64,000 bases of DNA from the NCBI GenBank assembly GCA_001179505.1, contig CDMY01000520.1, positions 248,001 through 312,000 on the forward strand, in the 5' to 3' direction. The stretch's first letter is position 1; every line of letters begins with the position of its first letter. Below, one piece after another: positions 60,001 to 64,000 of this stretch. Below the pieces are notes generated by a model that was not told the DNA's origin, did not search any database, and saw only the letters and a list, made by a program, of their open reading frames with translations. The DNA is from Vitrella brassicaformis CCMP3155. Taxonomy: Eukaryota; Protista; Chromerida. Position numbers and translations under genes: made by a program.

Positions 60001-62490
60001 CGGTGCCGGGGACGCCCGAGGGGCCCGGCCAGGCCGGCGTGAGCGTGCGGCTACCGACGCCTTCGTCCGATGATGCCGCGACTGACACGATAGGCGAAGA
60101 GGCGATGCGGGAGTGTCTGTCGCCCAGAGAGGAGGAGGTCGTGATGAAGAAAAAGAAACCTGTCTTGAGGAAACCCATGTATGACCTCGAAGACCCGTGG
60201 GATGAGATGGAGAACAGGCCACTCAGGAGGCCGCAGGTAAAGGCAATGGTTATCGTCTCCCCACACACGCAGTTCCCCTTTCCTTCTCTTCTGTGTGTGT
60301 CCAGAGTTCGCCCAGCCGCTTCCTGCATACGCGTCAAGCCATCGCAGGAGACTACATTCGACGCGGCATCAAGTTAGTGGCTAACTGGCACACTGCACAT
60401 ACCACATTACATTACCTCTCTCATGTCTCGACCTCCACAGGCGTGTTTTGCCAGACCAGCCGGACCGATTGGAAGCGGATCAACGATACACCGTCCAGTC
60501 GCCTTCGTCGCAGTCATCCGCTCATTCTTCGGAAGGGGAAGGATCACCTGTCTTTGGATATCGCGAGGGGAGCGAGCCAGAAGAGTCAGTCACGCAGAGC
60601 GAAGGATCCGCTGCTCATGTGGTAGAGGAGACACAGGAAGTGCCAGCGGAAGAGCGACCAACACAGGAGCAGCCGCTTGCAATCAGTGAGGAACCAGTGC
60701 AGAATGACGAAGAGCCGCCAGAGGATGAATTGGAGGCGTGCGCCATGCTCGAGATGCTGGATTCACCCCAAATGCGCACTCTGTCATATCGCAGTCAGAG
60801 GCGGAGTGTCAGAAGCAAGACCCTGCCCAACCGCAGCCCTGAAAATCAACAGCAGCAGCAGCCATCCAGGCTCTCCCGGCTCGGTGCCGCTCTGTCGAGG
60901 ACAGTGCGAGGTGGCAAGAGCCAGCCACAGCCATTGGTGAAGGACGAAGACGGGGCGCTTCAAGCCACATCAGCAGAGAGAAAGCAAGAAACCGCCGCAG
61001 CAGGGGAGAATGCCAATGTTCACGAAGCTGTCAGTGGAGAGTCACCAGCAGAAGCAGACGGAGGTTTCCAGCTTGAGACATCGCCAGATGAAGCGAGAGC
61101 AAGCGCAGAGGACATACAAGCGCCCCAGGGGCTTGCTGACGACCACGAAGCCCCGACGGAAGAACGGCGGGAAGACTTCCTCCCCACAGAGACGCCCGAA
61201 GCTGCAGAATCGGTGGCGCCAGCTGTGACACGTCCATCCGAGTCCCTCACCCTCCCCATTCCTTCCATCGCCCAGACCTCCATCACACCCATATCCGACA
61301 CCCCCCTGCCCACACTCGTCCGCTCACACCTGGACCAGATCTACAGGACGGCACTTCACCGCGTCCTCATCGAGCCAGCCTCACTGGAGAGCGTCCCTCG
61401 CGACCTCTACACAATCAAGGAAGAGGAGATACAAAGGAGAGCAGACGAGCAGGACATGCTCACGGCAGATCCCCCTGCGAGCCTGTGTCGGTACTTCTCT
61501 CTGGATGTGATCGAGGAGGAGAAGACGGAGAGCGAAGTGGAGAAAGAGCCGCAGGAAGGGGCCAGGCAGAGATGGAATCGTCTCCTCCAGAACGTGGCGT
61601 TTGCGCGGTCGGCGACGTTTGATGCATCGAAACACTCAACCATTGAGTCCGTCCATCAGACGAATCTCCTCCAAGTATGACACACCGACGGCCTGGTCCG
61701 CCTCTTCGTTCCCGTTTGGCACCGTCCTGTCTCCTTTGACTCCAGGCTACTGAAGGGCTTTTGGATTTGATCAAGGCCTTTAAGGCAAAGGATATGGAGG
61801 GCCGCGGTGAGCTGTCCAAAGTGATTGTCCGCGCCATTATTCGCAAACAGCTGCCAAAACAGGTAGGGGAGTTGGCACGCGAGCGTCCACGCAAATTTGT
61901 CTCTCTACTTATCTGCATCTCTGTGTCTCCTACAGCTTCGGCAGTATCTGATCCATGAGCATGAGGACATCTTTGGCGGCGATCCCAATGACTTAATTTC
62001 CCTCGCCCAGTTCACCGCCATCATATCTCAGGCAATCCACGGGGGCGGGAGCAGGGTCCAATCACCCATCGCACTCGACCTCCAAGAGGCCAAGCAAGAG
62101 CGATTGCGGTCCATGAGGCCCTTCCGCGCGGTGCAGTACGGCAAGCGCCCTCCCAGAAAGATAGACACAGCGGAGTTTGGTCTCCCAGAGTCGGCCTTCT
62201 TCCCTCCTGGCTGGGGAGGAGCACAGCCGGTGTCGACACGGATGTCTACGGCCCAGTTTGGCGGCAGCGGTGTGACGAGCCGGCGCAGCAGCTTTCGCAG
62301 TGGGGCCAGTGGGCAGAGTGTGGGTGGGGGTGCGGGCAGCAACAGCGCGTCCAGAGACAGCCTCAAGGACATCTACAAGAGCAGACTGGTTGAGTTCGTG
62401 AAGGCCAAGTCTGATGGCCTTGCCTCCGTCTCAGCCGTAGGAGAGAGGAGGGAGGCAAGGGCGGAGCTAAGAAAAAGGCTAAGCCATTGA
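57027..62490 (+). CDS. Large hypothetical low-complexity protein with a C-terminal EF-hand-like pair; may be more than one gene
   Basis: Chain of GT-AG-bounded open exons (57027-57080, 57160-57325, about 57945-58250, 59730-60236, 60432-61674, about 61935-62490). LIKAFKAKDMEGRGELSK and FGGDPNDLISLAQF resemble EF-hand loops. Confidence 0.5.
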
Positions 62491-62743
62491 TTGATAAGTG
62501 TGGAAGGGAAGACAGACGATGTGGTTGAGCTGAGGATTGGTAAGTCTTCATTTCGGATCTGTCAGATATTGAAGGGCTCTCGAACGCCTTGTGACACATT
62601 CGATATGCAACAGGCCATTGACTTTTCAGATGTACGTCCGTGCGGATTGGTCCATGCAAGAGATACATTTGTTGACTGATAAATGGAAGACACATTTCTC
62701 CCTGTCGACGTCCATCCCACCCTTATTCAGACTAACTTCTCCG

Positions 62744-63876
62744 TCATGCTCTAGAGTGCCCGATTGAGGCACACAAGCGGATACCCCTGATGGGCGCACT
62801 CGGCAGGCCGCTGGACATGTGCTGGCGAGTACCCATGAGCCGCCTGCCACCGCCTCACCGCAGGAAGGCGCCGCACATCGCCGCCAGTGGAGGCCGCCTG
62901 GCATACTTCGATAAGGGTAGAGCGCAGCGCAGAGCCCTGGAGACAGGCAGAAGCCGCCTACAAAGGCGAAGGTCTGCCTGTCTGCCTCACCTCATCAAGT
63001 TCATGATCCGTTTCTCTATGAAGGAAGGGCCGGATGGGAAGCACATTAGAAGGAGAGCACCGACCATTGCTGGGCCTGATGGAAAGAGAGAGGACACATT
63101 CAGACCCACGATGACTCTGGTCAGTCACGGCTCACTTGTCGTCCAAGAGCAGCACTCGCCTGAGGTCAGGGAACAGATTAGCCAGGTCCTTGCTGTGGGT
63201 GGTCGTCAAATCCACCGTGCGATGGTCGTACCTGTCCATAAGAATGTGACGAGAAAGCGTTTTGCACCGATCCCCCTGTGTACCTTGCTTTGAAGACCCT
63301 CCCGCCGCAGTGCTCCTCAAGTCTATCCAGGATAGGGCGGCTCCATGAGTAAGGCGAATTCGTCCATAGCACGACGTGCAGCGGGACGCTATTGTTCAGC
63401 CACCTCAGGAAGCTAACCACAGACGGGCGAAGATATACCTGCATGGCAGCAGCCGCCGGTGCATGTGCGAATGCGTGTTCTTTATCTTCCTGCTTATGTA
63501 CCGTGTTGCGCTTGTCAGGAGAGAACATCTCTCCTTCGTACTGAGTGTAGAAACCCGTTTCTTTTGGCCCGATAGGCAGCGTTTCGTTAGCAAAGCCACA
63601 AATCAGGGTGTGGTCCTGCACACACAAACAGACGGGTGCTTTGGCCAGCCGGGTGCGAGTCCTCTTTCACGCATAGCGTCCCCACTCTGGTAGCGTCCAT
63701 ACCAGGTCCAGCACAAGTGTGAGCGCCTTCGAGGGCGTTTTCTCGTGGCTGAAGTGGAGTGCATCTAGCTTCCGATGCGGAAGCAGTGCTGCAGCACCAA
63801 GAGCAGCGAGAAGGGCAGTCGCCGTCATTTTGATCATGGTTTCCGCGTGTCTTGCAAATTCATGAAAAATTTGCAT
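62744..63876 (-). CDS. NIF/FCP1-like HAD phosphatase (CTD small phosphatase-like); 5' end uncertain
   Basis: Spliced TLVLDL|DHTLI restores DxDxT. Also VYLRPSVVSFLRWL, VVLWTNS, KDLANLFPDLRRVLLLDDK and SNVLPIRPFL; N-terminal hydrophobic segment. Confidence 0.85.
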
Positions 63877-64000
63877 CGCGGGGCCGATCTGCGGCCATGG
63901 ATCTGTGGAGGTGGGAGAGACCTTACACACTCACCCCACCAATTCCATCATTTTTGACTCACGTACTGCTGTCCTTCATGTGCGCAGGCCAGTGGCTTCT

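Noticed and set aside
1-64000. CRISPR arrays, tRNA/rRNA genes, prokaryotic operons or defence systems
   Set aside because: The sequence is spliceosomal-intron-rich eukaryotic DNA. I saw no regular repeat-spacer array or recognisable structural RNA gene, but no covariance search was run.

Overview
This is an intron-rich, GC-rich eukaryotic window. Microsatellite-filled introns and nucleus-encoded proteins with signal-plus-transit leaders suggest a chromerid alveolate such as Vitrella (inference). The flanks carry apparently intact genes: AIDA, a GGCT-like protein, a USP36/42-like deubiquitinase, an ABHD1/3-like hydrolase, a GT90/CAP10 glycosyltransferase, a Cdc15/Cdc7-like kinase, stromal processing peptidase, a PKD2-like channel, SF3B1, an NTF2-like plus DUF4336 fusion, a long EF-hand-like protein and a NIF/FCP1 phosphatase. 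Most are arranged as tight head-to-head pairs. Between about 25.5 and 41.9 kb lies a duplication island. It holds four diverged copies of an unrecognised protein family (PWWP-like N-terminus in two), three broken paralogous Ser/Thr kinases, three copies of a kinase/PKD2 bidirectional promoter unit and two 300-N gaps. The strongest unexplained signals are a recurrent promoter octamer AGCTCGC(A/G), introns with (AC/GACA)n then complementary (GT/TGTC)n arms, the family/kinase island with same-phase frameshifts, and the spliced domain fusion. I saw no CRISPR array, tRNA, rRNA or transposase. All exon models were built by hand and boundaries are approximate unless stated.
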